Assembly: GCA_910585255.1 (NCBI GenBank)
Contig: CAJUEI010000003.1
Coordinates: forward strand, 2,782 to 66,781
Reading direction: 5' to 3'
From: an uncultured Lachnospiraceae bacterium
GTDB taxonomy: Bacteria > Bacillota > Clostridia > Lachnospirales > Lachnospiraceae
DNA: 64,000 bases
This document shows positions 43,663-53,607 of the stretch, one piece after another. A program made the position numbers and the translations under genes. The number at the start of each line of letters is the position of its first letter. Position 1 is the stretch's first letter. The notes under the pieces are model-generated. The model was not told the origin of the DNA. It did no database searches and was given only the letters and a program-made list of their open reading frames with translations.

Positions 43663-45243
43663 ATGAATGAAATAGAAGTGATTGGTGTATTATGTAGTGA
43701 GATTGAGAATGAATTAATAATTTATGGAGATTATGTTTCGAATAATTTGATAGATAAAACTAATATATTGCTTCAGATTATTGATAAAGCACCAGTAGAA
43801 TATAAAGTAGCAGTAGAAAAACAATTATTAGCATTTACAACTAAAGCACAGGGATATTCAAAGGTATGGTTATATTCAGCGATAATTAGATTAACATATA
43901 ACTCGAAAATATTAGAAGAATTTTTAGATTATATTATTAAAGAAGAAAAATTTAGTGCTAATATTAAGTATTTTATTTATTATCAAATCAAGAGTACAGT
44001 ATTTTGTTATATTAATTTAGATAATGATAATACGAAATATTTAAGATGGAAATTATTAAAACAAGTAGTTGAATTATTTAAAAAAGAAATGATGGATTTA
44101 CTAATACCAATACCTGAAAAAGAAAGAAATCAAAATATGGTATTAGTGATTACAGAACAGGTATTGTCTGAAAAACATGGACCAACTAAAATAGTTTTTG
44201 ATAGGTGTAAAATTCTTATAGAAGAAATGAGGAAAAAGGTATTGTTGGTTAATACTGCAGAAATATTGTCACAAGTTGGTAGTATTCCATATTATAGTCA
44301 AGAAAAAGGAAATTATTTTGAAGAATATTTAACAAAGGAAGAATTAGATTGGAAAGGAACAAAAATTCCATATTTTCAATGTGAAAATAATATGCCTAAT
44401 ATTAATGAATTGCGAGTGTTATTACAAATGGTAAGAAATATAAAGCCAGGATTAGTTGTTACGGTTGGAGGAAGTGGTGTTTTAATAAATTTGATTGATA
44501 CAATTATCCCCGTATTGTGTATTGGATTGGGTCCGTTTGAGTTAGAAACAACAATGGTTACATGTCAAACGTTAAGTCGGTCATTAAAAGAAAAAGATAA
44601 AAAATTACTCGCTCGGATTGGAAAGGATGAGCAAAGCGTTATTCAAAGTATATTTACATCTAGCTTGCAGCCGCAGAGAATTAAAGTTACAAGAACAGAA
44701 TTAGGATTACCAGAGGATAAGTTTATTATAGTTATAGTGGGGTATCGTTTGGATACAGATATTAGTAAGGAATTTATGGAGATGTTGGATGAAGTTGTAG
44801 ATGATAGTATAGTGGTAGCTTTAATTGGTATATTTGAATCTTATAAAAGTTATATGCTGGAATTTCCAAAGCTGAGAGATAAAGTATATTTGTTAGGATT
44901 GACAAATGATATTTTAGCATGGATAGAGGTTTGTGATTTATATGTAAATCCACATCGAAAGGGAGGAGGAACTTCTGGTGTAGAAGCATTGTTCCAAGGA
45001 TTGCCTGTTGTTACAACATATTATGGAGATGTTGCGGTAAATGTTGGAGAAGATTTTTGGACAGAATCATATAAAACGATGCCAGATTTGATTAGAAAAT
45101 ATAAAGATGATAAAGATTTTTATAATCAGATGTCAGCAAAAGCAAGAATGAGAGCAAAGATTTTGTTAGATACAAGAAGTGAGTTTAAGAGTATTATAAA
45201 AGAGTTTGAATATCGAACAAGAAATAAATTACAAGACAAATAA
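43663..45243 (+). CDS. Glycosyltransferase with a GT-B C-terminal domain and an uncharacterised N-terminal region
   Basis: The C-terminal LYVNPHRKGGGTSGVEALFQGLPVVT resembles the GT1/GT4 E-x7-E region. Confidence 0.5.
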   Translation: MNEIEVIGVLCSEIENELIIYGDYVSNNLIDKTNILLQIIDKAPVEYKVAVEKQLLAFTTKAQGYSKVWLYSAIIRLTYNSKILEEFLDYIIKEEKFSANIKYFIYYQIKSTVFCYINLDNDNTKYLRWKLLKQVVELFKKEMMDLLIPIPEKERNQNMVLVITEQVLSEKHGPTKIVFDRCKILIEEMRKKVLLVNTAEILSQVGSIPYYSQEKGNYFEEYLTKEELDWKGTKIPYFQCENNMPNINELRVLLQMVRNIKPGLVVTVGGSGVLINLIDTIIPVLCIGLGPFELETTMVTCQTLSRSLKEKDKKLLARIGKDEQSVIQSIFTSSLQPQRIKVTRTELGLPEDKFIIVIVGYRLDTDISKEFMEMLDEVVDDSIVVALIGIFESYKSYMLEFPKLRDKVYLLGLTNDILAWIEVCDLYVNPHRKGGGTSGVEALFQGLPVVTTYYGDVAVNVGEDFWTESYKTMPDLIRKYKDDKDFYNQMSAKARMRAKILLDTRSEFKSIIKEFEYRTRNKLQDK

Positions 45244-45307
45244 TGTAGTATAATTTAAAATAATTATATATTAAATTAATATATATATTATATGGGAGAT
45301 ATTATTA

Positions 45308-46237
45308 ATGAAAAAAGTATTAATTTTAGGTGGAACGGGGTTTATTGGTATTAATTTGACGCTATATTTTTTAAAGAATTTTGAATATGAAATTACTGTA
45401 TTTGGTCGAAACTTGAATTACTATCCTCTAGATTTACAAGAGGATAGTCGAATAAAAATTGTTAAGGGAGAATTTAGTTCTAGTTGTGATTTTGATAGTT
45501 TGGTAAAAGAAAAAGATATTATTTTTCATTTGATTAGTACAACTGTACCAACTACTTCTAATAGAAATATTGCAAAAGAAATTGCTGAAAATATTGAAAG
45601 TACATCTGTATTGTTAGAGGCATGTTTAAAGTATAAAGTAAAAAAGGTTATATTTCTTTCAAGCGGAGGTACAGTTTATGGAATTACCAGTAATAGGAAA
45701 ATTTTTGAGGATATGCAGACAAATCCGATTACATCTTATGGATTACAAAAACTTTCTATTGAAAAACTTTTTTATTTATATTCTTATATAGGGGAATTGG
45801 ATTATCGAATTGTAAGGTTATCAAATCCTTATGGTCCTTATCAGAAAGTGAATGGATTACAAGGAGTAATTGTTAATTTTATTTATAATTTATTGTATAA
45901 TAAAGAATTACTTGTTTATGGAGATGGAAGTATAGTAAGGGATTATTTATATATAGATGATGCAATTTGTGCTATTATGAATATTTCTGGTGATAATGCG
46001 AAGGAAAAAATATACAATGTTGGAAGTGGGATAGGACTAAGTATTAATGAGATTATTATAAAAATACAACAGATTTTAGGTATAGAAGCTAAAGTGAGAT
46101 ATGTAGAAAATCGAAAAGTTGATGTACCTGTAAATATATTGGATATTAGTAGATATGAAAAGGAATTTGGTCAGGTAAATCTTACTTCATTTCGGGATGG
46201 AATATTAAAAACAACAGCATTTATAAAACAACAATAG
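45308..46237 (+). CDS. NAD-dependent sugar epimerase/dehydratase (extended SDR)
   Basis: ILGGTGFIGINL Rossmann motif and YGLQK (YxxxK). Confidence 0.8.
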   Translation: MKKVLILGGTGFIGINLTLYFLKNFEYEITVFGRNLNYYPLDLQEDSRIKIVKGEFSSSCDFDSLVKEKDIIFHLISTTVPTTSNRNIAKEIAENIESTSVLLEACLKYKVKKVIFLSSGGTVYGITSNRKIFEDMQTNPITSYGLQKLSIEKLFYLYSYIGELDYRIVRLSNPYGPYQKVNGLQGVIVNFIYNLLYNKELLVYGDGSIVRDYLYIDDAICAIMNISGDNAKEKIYNVGSGIGLSINEIIIKIQQILGIEAKVRYVENRKVDVPVNILDISRYEKEFGQVNLTSFRDGILKTTAFIKQQ

Positions 46238-46277
46238 TTATAATGTTCAAATTTTTCTAGGAAGGTAATTTATAAAT

Positions 46278-47192
46278 ATGAGAGTAATTGTTACAGGAGC
46301 GGTAGGTTTTGTTGGAAAATGGTTAGTAGATGAGTTGTTGTATCAAAAAGATGAAATAGTAATTATTGTGAGAGATATTCAATATGTTCCTGAAAACTGG
46401 AAAAATAAGTTGCATATTATAGAAATGTCATTGCAGGATTTGGATAAGTTAGAAGAGTCATATTTTCCCTGGGAGGAAGCAGATATATTTTTTCATTTAT
46501 CATGGGATGGTACATCAGGAGAACATAGAGCAGACATTTCATTGCAGTTAGAAAATATAATAAATACTTGTAATGCTGTTGAGCTTGCTGAAAAATTGAA
46601 ATGTAAGCGATTTGTAAACGCTGGTAGTATTATGGAATATGAAGCAATGCAATATATTCCACTTGAATATGCTAAACCAGGAGAAAAGTATATATATAGT
46701 ACAGCTAAGCTTGCAGCGGATTTTATTGCAAAGATAATGACTGTTAATAAATATATGGAATATATTAATGTGGTAATTTCAAATATATATGGTCCAGGTG
46801 AGCGGTCGGAGCGATTCATTAATTCTACAATCAGAAAAATGCTAAAAAATGAAAAGATTTTTTTTACGCATGCAATGCAATTGTATGATTTTATTTATAT
46901 TAAAGATGCAGTAAAAGAAATTATATTGGCAGGAAAAAAAGGAGAAAGGAATAGTGTTTATTATATTGGGAATGGAGAACCTAAGATATTAAAATATTTT
47001 ATTTTGCAGATGAAGGAAGTATTACATAGTGAGTCAGAATTATTTTTTGGTAGTATACCATTTCAAGGTGTAATGCTTACATATAAGGAGTTTGATACGA
47101 GAAAAGTATTGAAATTAGGATTTGTACCTGAAATTACATTTGAAGAAGGAATTATATTATTACAAAAATGGATTTTAGAGGAGGAAAAATGA
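46278..47192 (+). CDS. NAD(P)-dependent sugar epimerase/reductase (extended SDR)
   Basis: VTGAVGFVGKWL Rossmann motif and YSTAK (YxxxK). Confidence 0.8.
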   Translation: MRVIVTGAVGFVGKWLVDELLYQKDEIVIIVRDIQYVPENWKNKLHIIEMSLQDLDKLEESYFPWEEADIFFHLSWDGTSGEHRADISLQLENIINTCNAVELAEKLKCKRFVNAGSIMEYEAMQYIPLEYAKPGEKYIYSTAKLAADFIAKIMTVNKYMEYINVVISNIYGPGERSERFINSTIRKMLKNEKIFFTHAMQLYDFIYIKDAVKEIILAGKKGERNSVYYIGNGEPKILKYFILQMKEVLHSESELFFGSIPFQGVMLTYKEFDTRKVLKLGFVPEITFEEGIILLQKWILEEEK

Positions 47193-47749
47193 ATATTGAT
47201 TTTGAAATACAGGAACAGAAGATAGAAGGAATAAAATTGATTAATCCTTTTTATATAGAGGATAAACGGGGGTATTTTATGAAAAGTTTTGAAAAGGATA
47301 TTTTTAAAAGTTTTGGTATACAGACAGAAATATATGAAGATTTTGAATCTTATTCCATTGGGGGGGTAATACGTGGATTGCATTTTCAAACACAATATCC
47401 TCAAAGTAAACTTGTACGAGTAATAAAGGGAGAGATACGAGATGTTGTTGTAGATTTACGAAAAAATTCAAAAACTTTTGGCAAGTATATGGATATAGTG
47501 TTAAATGAAAAAAATCATTATATGTTATGGATTCCTGCAGGGTTTGCACATGGATTTGAAGTTTTATCAGAAAATGCAATTATGTCATATAAATGTTTTG
47601 GAAAATATAGAAAAGAGTATGATACAGGTATCCGATGGAATGATAAAGATATTTCAGTAGAATGGATAACTTTGAATCCGATCCTTTCAGAAAAAGATAT
47701 GTTTTTAATGACGTTTGATGAATTTGTAAGGAAATATATAGGATTATAG
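47189..47749 (+). CDS. dTDP-4-dehydrorhamnose 3,5-epimerase-like cupin (RmlC family)
   Basis: DKRGYFMKSF, RGLHFQ, KLVRVIKGEIRDVVVDLR and IPAGFAHGF motifs. I chose the ATG at 47189, which overlaps the upstream stop (ATGA). Confidence 0.85.
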   Translation: MNIDFEIQEQKIEGIKLINPFYIEDKRGYFMKSFEKDIFKSFGIQTEIYEDFESYSIGGVIRGLHFQTQYPQSKLVRVIKGEIRDVVVDLRKNSKTFGKYMDIVLNEKNHYMLWIPAGFAHGFEVLSENAIMSYKCFGKYRKEYDTGIRWNDKDISVEWITLNPILSEKDMFLMTFDEFVRKYIGL

Positions 47750-47760
47750 GAGAAAAAGAT

Positions 47761-49194
47761 ATGGATTCAAATGTTATATTTAGTATTTTTATGTGTGCAA
47801 GAAATGCTGAAAAAACAATTAATCGTGCAATAGATTCCGTGATATTTCAAAATTGTAAAAATTGGGAATTGATAATGATAGATAATGGTAGTGAAGATAA
47901 AACCTGGTTATTAATGCAAGCAGCTATGGAAAGGGATTCAAGAATACATGGAATTCATTTAGAGCATGGAATTGGTTGGCCTAAAGGGGTAAGTATATGT
48001 ATGGAATATGCTGTCGGGAAATATATGACATTTCTTGCAGCAGATGATTTTTTTGTAAGTCCAGGAAGTTTATATGCAGTAGAATGTGTGTTATCAGAAA
48101 ATCCAGATATAGTTTTCTGTGGTCATATGACAGTACAATTAAATAAAAATATGTATAATATATGTAATGGAATTATTCCGGAAAGAAAGATATATCAGGG
48201 TAAAGATAAGATTTTTGAATTGTTTGATATTATGACTAGTGTTTATTATAATTCATTTTTTCATTTTGTTAGTTTAGAGGTTCTTAGGAAAAATAAAATT
48301 GATTTTTATGAACCTTTTTATGCAGATTATGAGGGCATGACAGAAGCGATTTGTAGATCGTCTAAAATTATTGTTATAGATTATGCAATATATGCATTAA
48401 CGATTAATACTTCACAGAGTAAAGGAATGATATGGAAAAATTATGTTATGCAATGGAGAAGTGTAAAACGTACAATAATAGAAAATGGAAAATTTGATAA
48501 GGATAGATTATGTCATATTGCATTTATAATTTTTAATAATAATTTTTCAATTTTAAAAAATATGTGTTTTGGAGGGAAAATCCAAGATAAAGAAATGAAT
48601 TTTATAACTATTTCTTGTATGGAGAAGTTGAGATTTGTGGAAGAGTTATTGGAAAAAGAAGAAACAGTGGAAATGCTTTTCTTTACAAAAAGAAGATATT
48701 ATACAGAAAAAATTTTTGAATGTGCTAAATATGTATATTCTCAGGGTATATTAGCAGGAGATTCAAATAATGTAGTTAAGATAAAATGGATTGATAAACT
48801 TATATTGGGATTATGTTTTTTTGATGGAGAAAAATTTATTGATAAAACAGAGTTTTATAAACAAGACTTTCAAAATGTCTATTATGCTTTGTGCAATGAA
48901 AATAATATAGGAATGTTTGGCTATGAATTAATTAGTGTTATGCAAATATTTGTTACACCGGAAGTAGAAAAAATTTGGCTAGAAATATTTGTAAGATATA
49001 TAGACTTGATAAAACAGAAGATATATGAATTTTTGTTTATGGCGACAGAAATTAAAAAGCGTGGAAGATGGCAAGAGGTTGTGATTATTCTGAAAGAAAG
49101 TATAAGTCTCTTACAACAAATTGCACCTTATTTAGTAGAAAAAGATTTAATGCAGATTAAAAATGATTTGAAAATGGTTATTGATAGAGGATAG
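47761..49194 (+). CDS. GT2 glycosyltransferase with a ~230-aa C-terminal extension
   Basis: FSIFMCARNAEKTI, MIDNGSEDKT and LAADDF motifs. Confidence 0.7.
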   Translation: MDSNVIFSIFMCARNAEKTINRAIDSVIFQNCKNWELIMIDNGSEDKTWLLMQAAMERDSRIHGIHLEHGIGWPKGVSICMEYAVGKYMTFLAADDFFVSPGSLYAVECVLSENPDIVFCGHMTVQLNKNMYNICNGIIPERKIYQGKDKIFELFDIMTSVYYNSFFHFVSLEVLRKNKIDFYEPFYADYEGMTEAICRSSKIIVIDYAIYALTINTSQSKGMIWKNYVMQWRSVKRTIIENGKFDKDRLCHIAFIIFNNNFSILKNMCFGGKIQDKEMNFITISCMEKLRFVEELLEKEETVEMLFFTKRRYYTEKIFECAKYVYSQGILAGDSNNVVKIKWIDKLILGLCFFDGEKFIDKTEFYKQDFQNVYYALCNENNIGMFGYELISVMQIFVTPEVEKIWLEIFVRYIDLIKQKIYEFLFMATEIKKRGRWQEVVIILKESISLLQQIAPYLVEKDLMQIKNDLKMVIDRG

Positions 49195-49310
49195 ATTTTT
49201 GTATTGATTAATAATTATATTAAAAATGAATAAGTTGATATTTTCATAATAAATGAAATATAAGTTGAAATATTTTTATAATATGAAAAAGTCAGAAAGG
49301 ATATCATATT

Positions 49311-50273
49311 GTGAATAAAATATATATTGTTATGTATCACTATGTACGCAATTTAAAAGGAAGTCGTTATCCAGAAATAAAAGGTTTGGATTATGCACTT
49401 TTTAAAAAGCAGATTCAATTTTTTTCTGAGAACTTTCATGTAATAACAATGGAAGATGTGATTCATTATTATACAGAAGGTTATCCGCTTCCACCGAATG
49501 CACTTTTATTAACATTTGATGATGGCTATATTGATAATTATACTTATGTTTGGCCTGTGCTTTTGGAATATAAAATGCAAGGTTCATTTTTTGTTCCTGC
49601 GAAAACATTTTGTGAAAATTGCTTATTGGATGTAAATAAAATTCATTTTATTTTAGCAAGTACTCCTATTGAAGAATTGTGCAGAGAGTTATATGAACAA
49701 TTAGATTATTATCGTAGCAAAGAATGGGATTATCCGTCTAATGAGGAACTTTTCCATAAGTATGCAATAGCAAATAGGTTTGATACAAAAGAAACTATTT
49801 TTTTTAAACGAATTTTACAAGCAGTTTTACCAGAAGAGCTAAGAGGGATTATATCAAGTAGTATATTTAAAAAATATGTAGGGATTTCGGAAGAAGTAAT
49901 GGCACAGGAACTTTATATGAATTATGATCAAATGAAAGTAATAAAAAGACAAGGTGGTTTTTTTGGAATTCATGGATATAATCATTATTGGATGAATCGT
50001 TTAGAAAAGAATGAATTATTAACAGATATTGATTTGGCATTAGATTCAATGAGTGAATTGGTTGATAGAAAGCAGTGGGTAATTAATTATCCATATGGAT
50101 CTTACAGTGAAAAGGTAATAGAATGGATTCAAGGGAAAGGGTGTTTGCTTGGCTTATCTACAGATGTAAAGGTAGCAGATTTGGAAAGAGATAACCAATT
50201 TGTGCTACTGAGATTAGATACAAATGATTTTCCACCTAAAAGTGAAAATTTTAAATCTTATGATATTGGATAA
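49311..50273 (+). CDS. Polysaccharide deacetylase (NodB homology, CE4)
   Basis: LLTFDDGYIDNYTYVWPVL (the DD metal/catalytic motif) and HGYNHYWM. GTG start behind AAAGGA. Confidence 0.75.
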   Translation: MNKIYIVMYHYVRNLKGSRYPEIKGLDYALFKKQIQFFSENFHVITMEDVIHYYTEGYPLPPNALLLTFDDGYIDNYTYVWPVLLEYKMQGSFFVPAKTFCENCLLDVNKIHFILASTPIEELCRELYEQLDYYRSKEWDYPSNEELFHKYAIANRFDTKETIFFKRILQAVLPEELRGIISSSIFKKYVGISEEVMAQELYMNYDQMKVIKRQGGFFGIHGYNHYWMNRLEKNELLTDIDLALDSMSELVDRKQWVINYPYGSYSEKVIEWIQGKGCLLGLSTDVKVADLERDNQFVLLRLDTNDFPPKSENFKSYDIG

Positions 50274-50357
50274 TTTTGGTTATCAATGGTTTAGATTTTA
50301 ATAGAGGATAAGATTTAATCAATAAAAATAAATAAGAATAATTTTAACATTTTTATT

Positions 50358-50396
50358 AAAAGCCTAGACTCTTTAACAGAGAGTCTAGGCTTTTAG
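50358..50396. terminator. Bidirectional rho-independent terminator between convergent operons
   Basis: AAAAGCCTAGACTCT - TTAACAG - AGAGTCTAGGCTTTT, flanked by T/A runs on both sides. Confidence 0.85.
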
Positions 50397-50455
50397 AAAA
50401 ATATTTTTATAATGTGTTATGTGAAATACAGTAACTTATTGTTAATATAATTCCA

Positions 50456-50716
50456 TTAAATTTCTATTTTATATGTTTCTTTAAGAATTTCAATTCCTTT
50501 TTCATAGGAACTGAGATCAATAATATCGTCAGTATCCATTGTAATTTCAAAACTGTCTTCTAATTCTGCAATTAAGGACATATGACCGACAGAATCCCAT
50601 TCTGGAATACTCATATACTCTAAGCCAGTTAGTTTATTTTTTTCAATTGCAAATGTTTCCATAAAAGCTGCATCATATTTTTCCCTATTAGTCATAATTA
50701 AGTTCCTCTCTTTCAA
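50456..50716 (-). CDS. Acyl/peptidyl carrier protein (ACP-1)
   Basis: 86 aa, acidic. EWDSVGHMSLIAELE contains the phosphopantetheine serine context. Confidence 0.75.
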   Translation of the reverse strand: MKERNLIMTNREKYDAAFMETFAIEKNKLTGLEYMSIPEWDSVGHMSLIAELEDSFEITMDTDDIIDLSSYEKGIEILKETYKIEI

Positions 50717-50730
50717 TTTTATATAATTAA

Positions 50731-51771
50731 TTATATTTCGTTAGCAATGGCATTTTCTTGGATTAAGGTATCTTCTTCTACATCAATTAATAGCTTTTTA
50801 CCTATAAGCCATTCAATTTTATCAGGACTTAAACCGGTGCCAGGGCGTTTTAGATCGAGATCGTCTTCTGAAAGTATTGTCCCAGCTTTTAGATTTCTTT
50901 TGCTTACGATACTTCTCCGCATTTTTAACCTTTGTTCTAATTCTTCAGAAGAAACACATCTTTCTTCACTTCCTAAGGCAATTGACACAGAGTGACAATT
51001 TTTTACTAATTGCTTCATTTCTTCTTTTTCTATTGCCATCTGGTTATCCATACCAATTTTAGAACGATCTAAAGTAAAGTGTTTTTCTATTAAGCTTGCT
51101 CCTAAAGCAATAGAGGCGGGAGCTAATTCTATTCCAAGGGAATGATCGGAAAAACCAATTGGATAATTAGGAAAATATTTTTTTAGCCCCAAAATATTTT
51201 TTAGATAAATTTTATCTTTTGTTGTTGGATAAATGGAAGTACAATGTAAAATACAAATATTATAATTATCAGCATCTTCTATTGTTTTAATTGCTGCACG
51301 TATTTCTTCTAAACTACCCATTCCAGTAGATAAAACAATAGGAGCTTTTGTTTTTGCTATATATTTAAGAAAAGGATAATTATTTAAGTCCATAGAAGCT
51401 ATCTTAATATATGGTACATCACAGTATTCTAAAAGAAAATCTACTTCTTTTTCAGAGTATGGAGTGGATGCAAATGCAATTTTTTTCTCTTTACTATATT
51501 TGGCAACTTCTAAAAGTTGTTCATTAGAGAAAGCAAATTTTTTTACAAAACGTTCTGCTATAGGGTTTTCTTTATAATAGCTTTTAGAATAAAGGGTTTT
51601 AGAGGACCAAGATTGAAATTTTACACAATCACAGCCAGCTTGTTTAATTTCATCAATCATCTTTTTAGCTGTTTCTACACTTCCATTGTGACTGGTATTT
51701 ACTTCAGCTACAATATAAGGAGAATAAGAGTTACCAATTTTTCTTTTATCTAGGAATACACATTCTGTCAT
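50731..51771 (-). CDS. NeuB-family PEP-condensing synthase (NeuB/PseI/LegI-like) with a C-terminal SAF domain
   Basis: YIVAEVNTSHNGSVETAKKMIDEIKQAGCDCVKFQSW, ILHCTSIYPT, GFSDHS, EKHFTLDR, then a SAF-like RSIVSKRNLKAGTIL...LKRPGTGL. Confidence 0.85.
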   Translation of the reverse strand: MTECVFLDKRKIGNSYSPYIVAEVNTSHNGSVETAKKMIDEIKQAGCDCVKFQSWSSKTLYSKSYYKENPIAERFVKKFAFSNEQLLEVAKYSKEKKIAFASTPYSEKEVDFLLEYCDVPYIKIASMDLNNYPFLKYIAKTKAPIVLSTGMGSLEEIRAAIKTIEDADNYNICILHCTSIYPTTKDKIYLKNILGLKKYFPNYPIGFSDHSLGIELAPASIALGASLIEKHFTLDRSKIGMDNQMAIEKEEMKQLVKNCHSVSIALGSEERCVSSEELEQRLKMRRSIVSKRNLKAGTILSEDDLDLKRPGTGLSPDKIEWLIGKKLLIDVEEDTLIQENAIANEI

Positions 51772-51788
51772 TTTTGTAACCTCCTTTC

Positions 51789-53576
51789 TTATTGATCAAT
51801 GGGTTCTATTATCATTTCTGATAGAAATAGTTCTCTATCTAAAAAAGGAGCCTGATCTTCAAGTGGTCTACGTACAATCTTTTTAGATTGGTTTCTAGCA
51901 TATGAATTACAAATATATTCTTGATTTTCTACCCCTATAATTTCACAAAGTACAGAAGAATCTAATTGCAGAATACTGGATAATTGTTCTTCTAGATTTT
52001 TACTGGTTTCTATTTTGATATAAGTCATATCGAAACATTCAGCGATTTTCTTGAAGTTAGGACAACTAACACCATTATTGGAGTCTGTACCAATTGTTCG
52101 AGTTCTGAAAAGATCTTGTTGTCTTTTTCGTATAATGGAGTATATATTATTATTAATAACAAATATTTTTATAGGAAATTGATGATAACGGATGGTTTCT
52201 AATTCTTGGAGATTCATCATAATAGAACCATCACCAATTACAGCTATTACATTTTTATTGCCAGTTGAAGCAATACCAATTGTTCCAGGAAGTGCAAATC
52301 CCATGGCACCTTGCATAGGAGAATGAATACATCTCATATTTTTTTTAAATGAGATATTAGATGGAAGAATAAGTTCCTCTAGTCCAGCATCGCATAAAAA
52401 TACAGAATTTTCAGGTAAAGTATTAGTAAAACCTTCCGCTAAACGATAAAGATCTACTTTTGATTGATTTTTATATTTATCTTCACATTTTGGAAAGATA
52501 TTTTTCCAATGGAGACATTTTTCTTGCCATTCTATTGATGTAGTTTTTATTTTTTTATCTAATATAGATGTAAGGAAATATTTTATATCTACAATCAGCA
52601 GTTTATCAATTTGAACAGATCTTTTGGAATGTTCTATTTTATCAATATCAATAACAATGATTTTAGCAGCACGTGCAAATTTTTCATATTCTTCGCCAGT
52701 TGTCATAGAAGATAAACGACATCCTAGAATAAGTAATAAATCGGAATTTTGTACAGCAAAATTTCCTGCCCTTGTTCCACATAAACTACCTACAGTTCCA
52801 ATTGATAAAGGATTTTCTAATCCATATAAATCTGTAGCTGTATGTGAATAGGTAACAGGTATTTTAGTTTTTTCTACAAATTTATAAAATAATTCTTTAG
52901 AATTTGAGGTTCTTACTCCACTGCCAATTAATAAAATAGGTCTTTTTGCAGTATTAATTGCTTGGCAGATTTCTTCTATATTTGTATCTAGGTAATTAAA
53001 ATTTTCTTTTTTTTCTTCAGGGATATATCGTTCTAGTTTTTCTGGTTCAATTCTCATATTTTGAATATTAATTGGAATGTCTATCCAAACAGGTCCTTTT
53101 CTTTCTGAATTTGCATAATAAAAAGCTTTATCTAATTCATATGCAATTTGCTCAGCAGAGGTAATCATAGTTGCATATTTTGTAATTGACTTAACAATTG
53201 GAATAATATTTGTTTCTTGTGAACCGTATGTTCGAATAGGTATTTTTGTGTAATTTACAGTTTCATTTAATATATTTTGTCCGGAAATAAAGATACAAGG
53301 TATTCCATCTTGCCAAGCTTCCAATACGCCTGTGATTGTATTCGTAGATGCACAACCTGTAGATACAAGACAAGCACCAATTTTTTCAGTATATTGAGCA
53401 TTAGCGGTTGCAGCAAAGGCGGCAGCCTGTTCATGATGCATAGAAATATTTTTAATTTTTTCAAATTTTGCTACTGCATCTGATAAATACAGTATTCCTC
53501 TTCCTGTAATAGAAAAGATATTTTTTACTCCTTCTTCATAAAGTCTTTCTATGATATAATCGGCTACTCTAATCAT
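51789..53576 (-). CDS. Thiamine-diphosphate-dependent enzyme, acetolactate-synthase-like (second copy in the window)
   Basis: HHEQAAAFAATANAQ and STGCASTNTITG in the N-domain. GDGSIMMNLQELET...INNNIY is the TPP motif. Confidence 0.85.
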   Translation of the reverse strand: MIRVADYIIERLYEEGVKNIFSITGRGILYLSDAVAKFEKIKNISMHHEQAAAFAATANAQYTEKIGACLVSTGCASTNTITGVLEAWQDGIPCIFISGQNILNETVNYTKIPIRTYGSQETNIIPIVKSITKYATMITSAEQIAYELDKAFYYANSERKGPVWIDIPINIQNMRIEPEKLERYIPEEKKENFNYLDTNIEEICQAINTAKRPILLIGSGVRTSNSKELFYKFVEKTKIPVTYSHTATDLYGLENPLSIGTVGSLCGTRAGNFAVQNSDLLLILGCRLSSMTTGEEYEKFARAAKIIVIDIDKIEHSKRSVQIDKLLIVDIKYFLTSILDKKIKTTSIEWQEKCLHWKNIFPKCEDKYKNQSKVDLYRLAEGFTNTLPENSVFLCDAGLEELILPSNISFKKNMRCIHSPMQGAMGFALPGTIGIASTGNKNVIAVIGDGSIMMNLQELETIRYHQFPIKIFVINNNIYSIIRKRQQDLFRTRTIGTDSNNGVSCPNFKKIAECFDMTYIKIETSKNLEEQLSSILQLDSSVLCEIIGVENQEYICNSYARNQSKKIVRRPLEDQAPFLDRELFLSEMIIEPIDQ

Positions 53577-53607
53577 TATATATTCCTTTCTATATGAATT
53601 AGTTTTT

